Below, piece by piece: positions 38,915-51,784 of a DNA stretch of 64,000 nucleotides (position 1 is the stretch's first letter; the number at the start of each line of letters is the position of its first letter). The notes below the pieces were generated by a model that saw only the letters and a program-made list of their open reading frames with translations, was not told the DNA's origin and searched no databases. Source of the DNA: the human T2T-CHM13v2.0 reference genome, Homo sapiens. The translations under genes were made by a program, and so were the position numbers. Location: assembly GCF_009914755.1 (NCBI RefSeq), contig NC_060927.1. One strand, written 5' to 3'.

Positions 38915-41876
38915 GGTAAATAAAATAAAAAGTTGGTTTTTTGAAAGGATAAACAAGATTGATAGACCACTAGCTAGATTAACAAAGAAAAAAGAAAGAA
39001 GATCCAAACAAGCACAATTAGAAATTAATAAAGGTGACATCACAATAGATCCCACAGAAATACAAAAGATCCTCAGAAGCTACTATAAGCATATCTATTT
39101 ACACAAACTAGAGGAAATGAATAAATTAATGGAAACACAAGGAATTGAACAAGGAAGACTGAACAAAGTTGAACAAGGAAGGAACAGAAATATTGAATAG
39201 AACAGAAGCAAGTAATGAAATTGAAGCAGTAATTAAAAACCTACCAGTCAAATAAGCCCTGAAATGAGAAAGAGGGACTCCTCCTTAACTCATTCTATAA
39301 AACCTGTATCATCCTGATACTAAAAATTTAGCAAAGAACAATAAAAAAAGAAAATGACAGACCAATATCCCTGATGAACATAGATGCAAAAATCTTCAAC
39401 AAAATACTAGCAAACCAAATCCAGCAGCACATCAAAAAGTTATTTCAAGTGGGCTTTATTCCTGGGGTGTAAGATTCAACATATACAAATCAATAAATGT
39501 AATTTACCACATACACAGAATTAAAAACAAAAACCATATGATCATCTCAATGATGCAGAAAAACATTCAATAAAGTCCAACATCCCTTCATGATAAAAAC
39601 CCTCAACAAACTAGGTATCAAAAGAGCATGCCTTAACTCCAGCCTGGGCGACAGAGCGAGACTCCGTCTCAAAAAAAAAAAAAAAAACAAAACAAAACAA
39701 AAAAAAAAACATGCCTTAAAGTAATAAGAGCCATCTATGACAAACACACAGCCGACATCATACTGAATGGGAAAAAGCTGGAAGCCTTCCCCCTAAGAAC
39801 TGGAACAAGGTACCGACTCTCACTACTCCTGTTCAACATAGTAATGGAAGTCCTAACCAGAACAATCAGGCAAAATAAATAAAAGGCATCCAAATAGAAA
39901 ATGAGGAAATTAAATGACCCCCCTCTTTGCTGAGATATGATCTATACCTAGAAAATCCAAAAGATTCCACCAAACGGCTCCTAGGCCTGGTAAACAAATC
40001 CAGGAAAGTCTGTGGACACAAAAATCAATGTACAAAAATCAGTAGCATTTCTGTACACTGATAACATTCAAGCTGAGAACAAAATCAAGAATGCAATTCC
40101 ATTTACAATAGCCACACACACACACAAAATAACCTGGAAATACATCTAACCAAAGAGGTGAACTACGTCTATGAGGAAAACTACAAAACACTGATGAAAG
40201 AAATAATAGATGACACAAAGAAATGGAAAATCATTCCATGCTCATGGGTTGAGAGAATCAATATTGTTAAAATTTCCATACTGCCCAAAGCAATCTACAG
40301 ATTCAACACTTTTCCTATCAAATAACCAGTGTCATTTTTCACAAAATTAGAAAAACTATTTTAAAATTTGTATGTAACCCAAAAAGAGCCCAAATAGTCA
40401 AAGCAATCCTAGACAAAAATAACAAAGCCAGTTCAAACTGTAATACAAGGCTACAGTAACTATTAATAAAACATCATGGTACTGGTACAAAAATAGACAC
40501 ATAGACCAATGGACCAGAATAGCGACCCCTGAAATAAAGCCACACCCCTACAACCAACTGATCTTTGACAAAGTTGACAAAAATAAACAATCCAGAAGGG
40601 ACACCCTATTCAATAAATGCTGCTGGGATAACTGGCTAACCATGTGCAGAAGAATAAAACTGGACCCTTATCTGTCACTACATACAAAAATTAACTCAAA
40701 ATGGATTAAAGACTTAAATGTAAGACCTGAAACTATAAAAATTATAAAATTAAACCTAGGAAATGCTCTTTTAGACATTGGCCTACGCAAATAATTTATG
40801 ATGAAGACCCTTAAAGCAAGTGCAACAAAATAAAAAATAGACAAATGGGACTTAATTAAACGAAGAGCTTCTGCACAGCAAAAGAAACTATCAACAGTGT
40901 AAACAGACAACCTACAGAATGGGAGAAACTATTTTCAAACTACGCATCTGGCAAAGATCTAATATCCAGAATCTATTAGAAACTTAAATGAATCAACAAG
41001 AAAAAACCAAAAACCTCATTTAAAAGTGGTCAAAGAACATGATCAGACACTTCTCAAAATAAGACATACAAGTGGCCAACAAACATATGAAAAAATGCTC
41101 AACATCACTAATCATCAGAGAGATGCAAATCAAAACCACAATGAGATATCATCTCACACTAGTCAGAATGGCTATTATTAAAAAGTCAAAAAATAATGGA
41201 TGTTGGTGAGGTTACAGAGAAAAGGGAATGCTTATACATTGTTGGTGGGAATGCAAATTAGTTCAGCCCTTGTGGAAAGCAGTTAGGAGATTTCTCAAAA
41301 AACTAAGAATAGAACTACCATTTGACCCAGCAATCCCGTTACTGAGTATATACCCAAAGGAAAATAAATTGTTCTACAAAAAAGACATGTGCACATGTAT
41401 ATTCATTGCAGCACTATTTACAATAACAAAGACATGGAATTATCCTAAAAATTCATCAATGGGAGAGTGGATAAAGAAACTGTTGCACATATATACCATG
41501 AAATACTATGCAGCCATTAAAAAAATGATTTCATGTCATTTGCAGCAAGATGAATGCAACTGGAGGCCATTATCCTAAGCGAATTAATGCAGAAACAGAA
41601 AAACAAATATTGCATGTTCTCACTTATAAGTGAGAGCTAAATCTTTGGTTCACTCGGACATAAAGATGGAAACAGACACTGAGGACTCCAGAAGGAGGGA
41701 GGAAGGGAGTGGGGCAAGGGCTGCAAAACTTCCTATTGGGTACTATGTTCACTAACTGGGTAATGGAATCAATAGCAGCCTCACCCTCAGCATCATGCAA
41801 TATACCATTATAACAAACCTGCACATATACCCCCGATCTAAAACTCAAATGGAAAATAAATTTAAAAAATAAAAAC
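38915..41876 (+). mobile_element. 5'-truncated L1 (L1PB-like): ORF2 remnant + 3'UTR
   Basis: [15 protein letters not shown]-terminal ORF2 motif, L1PB-type 3'UTR, A-rich tail. Confidence 0.85.
39636..39709 (+). mobile_element. Extremely 5'-truncated Alu (35 bp + tail)
   Basis: actccagcctgggcgacagagcgagactccgtctc + A-tail, flanked by catgcctta TSD cores. Confidence 0.85.
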
Positions 41877-42065
41877 GTATTTGCTCTCTATCTTTCATGT
41901 AAGAGACTTTCATCAGATGTCTAGGACACTTGACTATTTACTTGTATTAATGAGTCAAGAAAAGTGCTGCTTGGAAACTCAGAGTGAGCTTTGAGCTTAT
42001 TTCCTCTGAATTTCACTGTGTGCGAATTGGGTGAATCATTGACTGAGGAATTTCAAATGCCAAGA

Positions 42066-42588
42066 TATTCGTTTCTTTCTGCTTCTGTGAAAAATAACCA
42101 CAGACTTAGTGACCAAACAACACAACTTTATTATCTGCAGTATCTGCAGTTCTAAAGAGCAAAAATCCAGAATCAGTTTCACTGGACTAAAAAAAAGGTG
42201 TTGGCAGGTTTGTGTTCTTCTGGCAGCTCTAGGGTGAGAATCTGTTTCCTTGTCTTTTCCAGTTACTAGAGGCCACGCACTCCTTGGTTAGTGCCCCTTC
42301 CTTCATGTTCAATGCCAGCAGTGTAGTAACTTCTGTCTTCTCTGATTCCTACTTCCATCTTTACATCTTTTCTCTCTGAATCTAATACTGTTACCTCCCT
42401 CTATATGGACTGTATGATTACACTGGGCTCCCCTGGAAAATCCAGGAACCCTCCCATCCCCCCATTTTAAGATCCTTAACTTAATCACAACTGCAAAATC
42501 CATTTCCATCCTTTCCTGTGTAACATATTCACAGGTCCCATGGATTAGGATATGGCATTTTGTCGGGGCTGTTATTTAGCCTACTACA
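42066..42588 (-). mobile_element. MLT1 (MaLR) LTR
   Basis: aaataaccacagacttagtg...aacttaatcacaactgcaaaatcc...cctactaca. Confidence 0.7.
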
Positions 42589-44459
42589 GCTAATATCTAA
42601 AATTTTCCCTCATACTGGCCAGACTTGCTAGAGAGTCTCCAGCTGGGAAGGTCAAACTCTGACTGGCCGCCAGCGTTCTGAGATCTGAGTGGGTTAAGAG
42701 GGCTTTGTGGGAGGAGTGCCTCAGCATTCATCCTTCAGGATATACCAGTTACTTAATTCTTCTGATTTTGGGGTTTATATTCATATCTTTAGTGAATCTA
42801 GTTTCCTTCAACTCAGAGAAGACCGTCTATTTTACCCTGCCCAGAGAATTTTCAGATGCCAGTCACTTCCCAGTGGCATGGAGAGGAGAAAAGATGCAGG
42901 GACTCACAGAATTCCTGTTTTAATGGTCTTCCTTCACTTCCAGGTCCAGAGGGCTCTGATACTATCAATTTGGGAGTCTCTGGAAAATTCTGAAGTATAA
43001 ATCAGGTTAGTCTTCAGCTTCCCCCACTGACAGCTCAGGATTCTCATGTTTCTTGAGTTGGTTTGATCAGTTACCTGTCATCAATATGTTTTGTAGCTTC
43101 CAAAATTTTATTGCTTTTGCCACCTCTCCTAATCTCCCCATATTTGTGGTTTTATGTCTTAAAAAAAACTTTTATTGTAAATTTAGTGTGATTTTAGGCA
43201 GCAGTGAAATTTGTGTGTGTGTGTGTGTGTGTGTTTTCATCTTAACCCAGATAAAGCATTTTATCTGAATTGATTAAGTTCCTTGGACTGACTAGGCATG
43301 GGGTGATCTCTGACCTGGGTAGCCAGGCACCACACCCAGTGCTCTTTCTAAAGTAAAAAGATTTCAGTGGCCAGGTTTGTGTATCTTGCCCTGCCTGTCC
43401 AGTTGCACACACTCAAGCATGACTCGTTAACTTAATTTCCTGCCATATATCTCGGTTCTTCTAGAACTGGAATCTTGTCCTTAATTTTCAGCTTCATCTC
43501 ACAAAGCAGGAAGGAGAGCTAGCAGGATTGTTTCTGAATACAAATAGTTATGATTTTCACAGTAGTAACCATGGATTGCCCCTATTCCTTATAGCTTTCC
43601 AAAGGGATGGAAATGTATAGGCCAGAGGCAGGGGTTTTAGGAATCTGAATATGATGTCTGTTAAGCTCACAGTCTCCAAGCATGTGACAAAAGGTAAGGC
43701 AGTGCTGGCTTCTTGTGCACTTTGTCTAGCCTAACAATGCCTACCTACCTTCACCTTCTTTCTCTCCCAAAATGGCTGACCCTTTGCTGTCCCTGTAACC
43801 CTATGACCTTTCTCCATCCCCTTCCCTTTCTGTTGTTTTTGTGGCATTTCCATGTCCCCACCATCCCAAATCTGCTCCAACTGCACCTGGGTTCTGATTT
43901 AAGTCAACCAGGCACTAAGAACTTTACATGTTTGAACTCAATTAATCTTCACAACAACCCTATTATTATTCCTGTTTTACAGACTCAGAAACTGTTGCAC
44001 ACAGAGGTTAAGTAAACTTGACCAAAGTCACACACCTAATAAGGCAGAGCCCAGATTTGAACCCAAGCAACTTGACTCCAAAGTACATCTTTATTCCACT
44101 GTGCTATAGGCCACTTATAAATCATATCCATGGCCAAATACTGTTTTCTGATATGTATATCAATAAAAGTATAAAATTACTCTCTCTATATATTCATTTA
44201 ATCCTCACGGCAACCCTAAATCAAGCAAACAACCAAACAGAATATTGAAGACCTGAACAAAATTAACAACTTGACCTAATTTTAGTATGCATATAGAATT
44301 CCGCCCTCAATATTTGGAGAAAACATATACTTTTACAGCACATAGAACATTTACAAAAAGTAATCATAAAAGAAATCTTAAAAACTTTCAAATTATCGGA
44401 ATCACACAGACCACTTTCTACGATCATAATACAATTAAGTTCAAATCATAAAAATATAA

Positions 44460-44805
<346 letters not shown>

Positions 44806-45276
44806 CATATACTTGGAAATTTTAAAGCACATTAAAAATCTCATGGATCAAAAAATAAATCATAAAGAAAACTAGAAAATATTTATAACCAAACAAGGAA
44901 AATGCAACATTTTAAAACTTGTGAGATTCAGCCAAAGTGGTAATTAAAGAATGTCTAGTCTTAAGTGCTTATTTTAAGAAAAAAAGAAAGTTAGAAAATC
45001 AATAAGCTAGGTATTCTATTTAAGAAGTTAGGAAAATAACAATGAGATAGAAGCAAGGAGAACAGTAGATAAATAATAAGTGCAGAAATGCATAAAACAT
45101 AAATCATTCTCAATCAGGATTAGCTCATAATACTCTCAGAATTAAAAAGTGGAAAGATTATTTCTGGAAAGGGTAAGAGAAGGCCAGTCATATACATACC
45201 TATATATATTTTCTATTTTAACTCCTTAAATGAATTTTACAGAAAGAATTAGAGGACCATTGCTTTTTAAATGACA

Positions 45277-45282
45277 TTTATT
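45277..45282 (-). terminator. Candidate distal poly(A) signal of TM4SF18 (about 3-kb 3'UTR); proximal candidate at 47802-47807
   Basis: AATAAA on the minus strand. Usage is inferred. Confidence 0.4.
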
Positions 45283-45430
45283 TTTTCTAATAATTCAAGT
45301 ACATAACACATTTTCAAAGGGAAATTTGAAAATACTGAACAATGTAAAGAAAAGAGATAGAACTTATAGTCCTATCATTAGGAGATAATTATTAAGTATT
45401 AACTTGTGCGTACTTATGCTTTCTTTTTTC

Positions 45431-45527
45431 AGCCTATAGCATCTGGTCTCCCATCCAAGTAATAACCTGGATCAATCCTGCTTAAGTTTCCAATATTAGG
45501 CATTTTCAGGGTGTTGTGACCACAGAT
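45431..45527 (-). pseudogene. Degenerate 5S rRNA retrocopy
   Basis: Plus strand agcctatagcatctggtctcccatccaagtaataacctgg...cctgctt...ttcagggtgttgtgaccacagat resembles the reverse complement of 5S rRNA, with two internal deletions. An adjacent T-rich run is a likely A-tail remnant. Confidence 0.8.
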
Positions 45528-48239
45528 GATGTAACTATTAACTTTTAAATATTTTTCTGGTCTTTACATATCTCAAGGTTTATACATGTCTACATGTAAT
45601 TATATGGTTACTTAATTAAAAATTTGGGCTCAAACTGCATACATATATTTGGTTTTTGAGTTTTTTTTCCTTTTTACTTTGAATTCACGAGGATATAAAA
45701 CACATATTCAGCTTTTTTTGTATTCAGCTTTTTTTTACTTAAAATTGCATGATTAGCATATACTCTTCAAATATAGAATATTTGGTGGCTGTGTTAAAAT
45801 TTAATTTTCCTGATAGAGGTATCATGCTGCATTTGGCTGTACCCCTGATGTGTCCAATGCTGTGGTGGAGTCATTCAGCAAACATCTATTAACAGTCCAT
45901 TCAACGTACGGTGCCATGCTGAATCTAAACAAGAGATAGACAGTCTGAAAGTATATAACAAACTGATGAAGTGGACCTTCCAGAAGTCTGTTTACAAGAG
46001 GGCTGAGGAGACTTTGAGAGAATTTTTAACAAGATGGTCCTAGATATGACTAGCTTATGGACTTGATAGAGAAATCCTGGGCTGTCAGAGGGGAGAGGTC
46101 ACTCTGAGTACAACATGGTGTCTGTAGCTTGGGTTTGCCTCTTGGTCCAAGTCCTTCAGACCTCATATTTAAGTTCTTTGGAAAGTAGAGTGTTATTGAA
46201 TGAAGCTCTGTAAAACTCTGGAGCCTAAGCATCTTTGTCTTAGCATCCCTCCAACCCAACATCTAGAAAAGGGAGACTTCATTTGGATCGTTTTAGTTGC
46301 AATAAACAGAGCTGCACTGATTTAGTGGGGGGTTTACTGAAATGATCAGCACAGTGACAAAGAAGAAAGACTATCTAGGAATCCAAGAACAGAAACCAGG
46401 CCTAGGGTACACTGTTCATTGTGGGCAAAGGCAGTTTTAGGAGCTTTTGGAGTAGAAGTTCATGTATCTTCCTTTTAATATGATACCATTATTAACATGA
46501 ACCAGATACTCTCTGAATGTTGGCTTCCTTCTTCATCCTTTAATCATTTTTTGATGGTAATGGTCCGGTTGCTTCATTCTTGGCTTCCTAGTTCAAATTC
46601 TTATGCTTGAATAACCACCAGTCTTGTTTGGACAGTGTTTTACTCCAGGCTAAGTCAGAGGCCATTAGCAAGACAATAGGCTGCCCATGACTCTGGGGCC
46701 TGCCCCAGTTCAGTCAGCTGGGCCCAGAGCATGAAGGTCATGCGGTGTATAACATGGCTTGCTTTCAAGATGCTTGTTTCAGCAAAGGCTGTGAACAAGG
46801 CTTAAAGGGGGCTGTTGGCACAGCAGGCATCAAGGAGAAAGATATTCTCTTCCGTATCCCCCCAGCCTACTCCCTGGCTTTGGCACAGAGCAGGTGTTGA
46901 CAGACCATTGTTGACAGTGTCCATGGAGGAGACAAATGGGGAAATGGCAGAAGTGTTGAGGCCCAGTGCACCTGTGATGGAAGCAGTGCTCAGCAGGGTA
47001 ACTACAGGAAGCAGAAAACCTGGTATGAGCATTCAACACTGAGTGCCTACTGGCTTCACTGTGTGCTGGGTCCTATGCATGGTGGGAAATATATAAGATG
47101 TGGCTACTGTCCCCGAGGAAGACATGGCATGTATAGGTGGAAAATTTGTAAGTGTTCTACTTTTTAATTACTTTAAAAATAAATATAGGTACTGGTAACT
47201 CCCCCTGACACAGGTATTGACTGGTCAGTGGTCATTTTCTCTTGCCCATTGAGCATGTTCCCTAGCTGCTCACTTATTTTAAGGCTACCTCTTCTAGTCC
47301 ATCACACTCACCCTCAGGAGTCAGAAAGGAAGAGCAAGAGTTTAGATTGTATAAGTTTATATAAAACTCTTTTTGGCTCATCTATATCACTACTTTCCTC
47401 ATTGAATGTTGATGGAAGTGTCATTTCATGATGTTTGCAAATAATGTTGAGGAATGTGGAAAGAGCATATGCCTTAAAGTTTGGAAAAATAAAAAAATTT
47501 TAATAGTGAAAATATGAGTTTAGAAAATATTTATAGTAAAACATATTCAATAAAGAAATCTTGGAAAATATAGAAAAGTGGGAAGAAGGGTCATCAATGC
47601 CCCAAACCAAGCATAATTGGCATTTTGTTATATTTCCTTTTAGATTTAGTTTTCATCCTAAACTTTGACTATTAGTGTTTCATTTGCTTTAAATAGTTAT
47701 ATAGTAAACATGAATTTGTAACCTGCTTTTTGATGTAGCATTATTCATAATTTTAAAAACATCATTTGTAATGACTGTAATTTTACAACCATGTAGTACT
47801 CTTTATTTTTTATTTAATTTTTTTTTTAATATCAGAAAACATTTACAGTATGTACCACTCTTTACTTAATCCTTCCTCTGAGTTTAGAATTTTGGGGTGT
47901 TTCCAATTTTCCAGAATATTAAATAATGTTGCAATATACATATTTGCATAAAGGTTTCTCTCATATTCTTATTTACTTCCCTAGTACAGATTCTTGGAAA
48001 TGGATTTGTTTGATCAAAGGGCAGAAGTATTTCTGAAGTTTCTGATGCATATTACTTAAAAAACATACTAAATGGAAGGGTGGTATACTTGCATGTGCAG
48101 TGAGGACTGCAAATTTTTTACAAATAAACACCAAATGCAGAAAGCACCATCATTTCAATATTGCCCTCAAGTCTACACAGTTGATATAATATTTAGATAG
48201 ATGGCCATGTCTTGATAATGGAAAACATTTTGTCCTTAT

Positions 48240-48254
48240 TCAAATGATTCCAGG
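48240..48254 (-). CDS. TM4SF18: TM4SF18 last coding segment PGII-stop
   Basis: Pyrimidine tract + CCTATAG, then CCT GGA ATC ATT TGA. Total CDS 177+90+143+181+15 = 606 nt = 201 aa + stop. Confidence 0.9.
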   Translation of the reverse strand, partial: PGII

Positions 48255-49017
48255 CTATAGGAAAAAAGGAAAAACAAAGTGATTAAAGTTATAAACTTAG
48301 CTTGATTAGTAATCCGTAATCCAGATAGCAACTTAAACTTATATTTCATATTCAAAATATGATAGAACAGAAAAAACATCTCTTAGAAATTGCTAGGAAA
48401 GGTATTACACATTCTGTTGTTAAACAAAATACAAGCCATCTAAATTCATAATTTTTCTTCACTCTGGACTTCTTGATAGCAGTTTCAACCATAACTAAAT
48501 TAACATTAGTATTTTAGCAGACGAAGTAGAAGTAGTTTCAATGGGATAAATACATATTTCCCTTCTTCTTCAAAAGCACTCCTATGCACTCGAGATAAAG
48601 GTTCATTAGTTGAATGTAGCAGCATTCAGAAGAGAAGTTATTTCAATGAGATAAGGTTCTGAGCCTTTGCTTAACTTATGAACAGGGAAATTCTTGATAA
48701 ATGGTAAAATTTCATCATGCTTTGAGTTATCTCTATGTAGAATACTAAAACTTTGCTCATTCAAAACACTTATGAAGCCTTACCATACAACAAGAAATGC
48801 AGATTTTACAATTACTGAGTTGATTCAACCCTTATAGATAAGCCAAGACACATTGGGATATCAGAAAAAATTGAGATATTAGAGCTTGAATAAAGATGAG
48901 GGCAATAGAAATGGGGGGAAAGTGATGGAATTCTAGAGTCTTTTCAAAAAGCCTCATTGAATCCTGGGAAGTGGGGGAAATATGGATGAGCTACAGGTGC
49001 CCATGAGAATCTGTTAC

Positions 49018-49198
49018 CTGGAAGATCACTGAATAGCTTCCACACAGTATCTTGGATAGTTGCATGACTACTCTGATGAGGCAGATGATCACTTGAAGCC
49101 CACTGAGGGTTATGAGAATGGAAAATAAAATGATGTTCCACTCCACAACATGTGCAGGTTCCAGGCACTGAATCCATATGCTAGAATCTGTAAGGAAA
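49018..49198 (-). CDS. TM4SF18: TM4SF18 fourth coding exon
   Basis: FLTDSSIWIQCLEPAHVVEWNIILFSILITLSGLQVIICLIRVVMQLSKILCGSYSVIFQ, 181 nt, CTCTCAG/GTAACA; phase matches the previous exon. Confidence 0.96.
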
Positions 49199-49668
49199 CT
49201 GAGAGAGACCCATGGCCAAATCTACATACTGGGTCCAAGGAAGAAAGCTACAAGCATTTGTATGTTTGAGAAATTACTGTATAACTAAAATATATAGTTA
49301 TTAGATATGAATTAATACATTTTAAAAACCATTCAGATACACATATTGGACATATCTTATGCATAGCACTGAGCTAGATACTTAGTGTGTTATAAATGTT
49401 GTGCTTGCCTTATCACCCCCATGGCCTCTTTGTTTTTCTTTCTCCCTCTTCCATTTCTTTCCTACTTCCTTCTTTTTTACTCTTTCCCCACCTTTATTTA
49501 TTTTCTACTTTCTAATGCTCCAGGAAATAGAGGCACTCTGAGAATTTCTTTATATTGTTAATGGCTCTTGTCTCCAATGGGAAAGAGCACAGAATATGAA
49601 ATCAGAATTCCTGGATTTGGGTCTGCAGGATGTTGAGCAAAGAACTTTACCCCTCTGGCCTCCAGACT

Positions 49669-49959
49669 TTTTTTTTTTTTTTTGAGACGGAGTCTTGCTC
49701 TGTCGCCCAGGCTGGAGTGCAGTGGCGCATCTTCGCTCACTGCAAGCTCCGCCTCCCTGGTTCACGCCATTCTCCTGCCTCAGCCTCCCAAGTAGCTACA
49801 GGCACCCGCCACCACGCCCGGCTAATTTTTTGTATTTTTTTAGTAGAGACGGGGTTTCACCGTGTGAGCCAGGATGGTCTCGATCTCCTGACCTCATGAT
49901 CTGCCTGCCTCACCCTCCCAAAGTGCTGGGATTACAGGCATGAGCCACCGCGCCTGGCC
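49669..49959 (-). mobile_element. AluY-like element in a TM4SF18 intron
   Basis: gcaagctccgcc, ttcacgccattctcc, gccaggatggtctcgatctcc diagnostics; TSD ctccagact. Confidence 0.9.
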
Positions 49960-50237
49960 CTCCAGACTCTTATCTTGATAATGGGGTTAAAATATCTAAC
50001 CCCAGAGTTATTGTGAATATTTGGTAAGAATGTGTATACAAACAGTTTGGAACCTGTAAAGTACAATACAGATGTGGCTTTCTGTTAAATTTCCCTAAAC
50101 CTATCTCATACCCCCATTTACCCCTATCTCCATCTCAGCTGCCAGGGAAATGAGTCCCTCCAGATCCCTCCTCTAGACTGTTCCTAGTACATGCTCTGCA
50201 CAGATCATCTAGCAATTTAAAACAAGATGACTTGCAA

Positions 50238-50643
50238 TGTTGCAGGAAGTCGGGGACCCCAAATGGTGGGACTGGCTGGAGCCGCGGCAGAGAAACATAA
50301 ATTGTGAAGATTTCATGGACATTTATCAGTTCCCAAATAATACTTTTATAATTTCTTATGCCTGTTTTTACTCTAATCTCTTAATCCTGTTATCTTCATA
50401 AGTTGAGGATGTACACCACCTCAGGACCACTGTGATAATTGTGTTAACTGTACAAATTGATTGTAAAACATGTGGTTTGAACAATATGAAATCAGTGCAC
50501 ATTGAAAAAGAGCAGAATAACAGAGATTTTTAGGGAACAAGGGAAGACAACCATAAGGTCTGACTGCCTGTGGGGTTGGGCAAAAAGAGCCATATTTTTC
50601 TTCTTGCAGAGAGCCTATAAATGGATATGCAAGTAGGAGAGAC
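50238..50643 (+). mobile_element. MER11 (HERV-K11) LTR, 5' part only
   Basis: TGTTGCAGGAAGTCGGGGACCCC...cataaattgtgaagatttcatggacatttatcagttcccaaa; ends abruptly near 50643. Confidence 0.8.
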
Positions 50644-51641
50644 CTGAGGGAGAGTCATGTTTGCTAAGAAAGGTCATGGTATATGGCACCATGTAAAAAT
50701 CTTCAGAATGAAGGCAGCTACAGTCACAGAAGCAGCTCTGCCATGTAGGCCTAGATGCACATGTAAGACCTCAGATGGACATGGGCCTTGAACAATAAAG
50801 CTAATCATGGAGAGTTGAGAAGAAAATTTAACTTCCCCCAGTGAATGGTACAGACATTCCCTCATTTTACTCCATTAGAATTCTGGACCTCTTCTGTATT
50901 TCTTTCTGGGCCCTGCTACCTCCTAATCTGCATCTGGTGCTGGGAACCCAATAAGCCCAGCACAATGCCAGTGTGAGGCATTCTGAGATCCGGGATTGGG
51001 TTGTGAGACTCCTGACTGAATTACTAGCCTTCTGAGCAAGGCTACCTCTTTAGACCCTTCTCCAGTATAAGCTGCATAAGCTCTGGCTCATTCCACAAAC
51101 TCCTGCACCTAATCATGTTCCTGGACCTCAGACTGTACTTTCCTGCTCATCCTGCCTTGTTCTATCTCTTTATCATCCCTCCTACTATAGCCCTGAGTGG
51201 CACCATCCAAGAGCACCATGGTTTCTCTCCTCCTCAAGCCCTTTTACACTTGTAACAGACCACATGTCCAACCTGGCCATAAAACAAAACTGAGTTCCTG
51301 GATCCACCCAGTCCATAAGCTCCAGCTGTTACCAGACAAGACCATAGTAACCACACAACTTTAATCTGAGGTATGGGAGAAACACACCTTTCATTTGGAT
51401 AGCTCCATGACAACCTCAAGACATTGAATGAAAATGGCATTAAAAGACTGAAGAAAAAAATCTAAACAAAGATCTGTGCAAGAACAAATTGGTCTGGATA
51501 TTAGTAAACTAACAGGGAAATTCTGCACTAAAACAGCCACATGGAACCCCAAAGTGATCATGGAAAATGAGCGTGAGCTTGAGCATGAGGCAAGGTGTTT
51601 CTGATTTTCCGACCTCCTTGGTTTGGGGAATTATTCCTTAC

Positions 51642-51784
51642 CGTCCAGCAGTGCCTTCAAAAGCATACTCCCAGCCATCAAGGGTGCGGCAATATGGCCC
51701 TTGGACAAGACCCAAGGCAGAGATGACCAGGCAGTATCCAGAAAAAGCAATTCCGAGGGAAGAAAAGATAATTGACAGCAGTGT
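51642..51784 (-). CDS. TM4SF18: TM4SF18 third coding exon
   Basis: TLLSIIFSSLGIAFSGYCLVISALGLVQGPYCRTLDGWEYAFEGTAG(R), 143 nt, TTTAG/GTAAGG; contains the L6-family GPxC motif. Confidence 0.96.
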
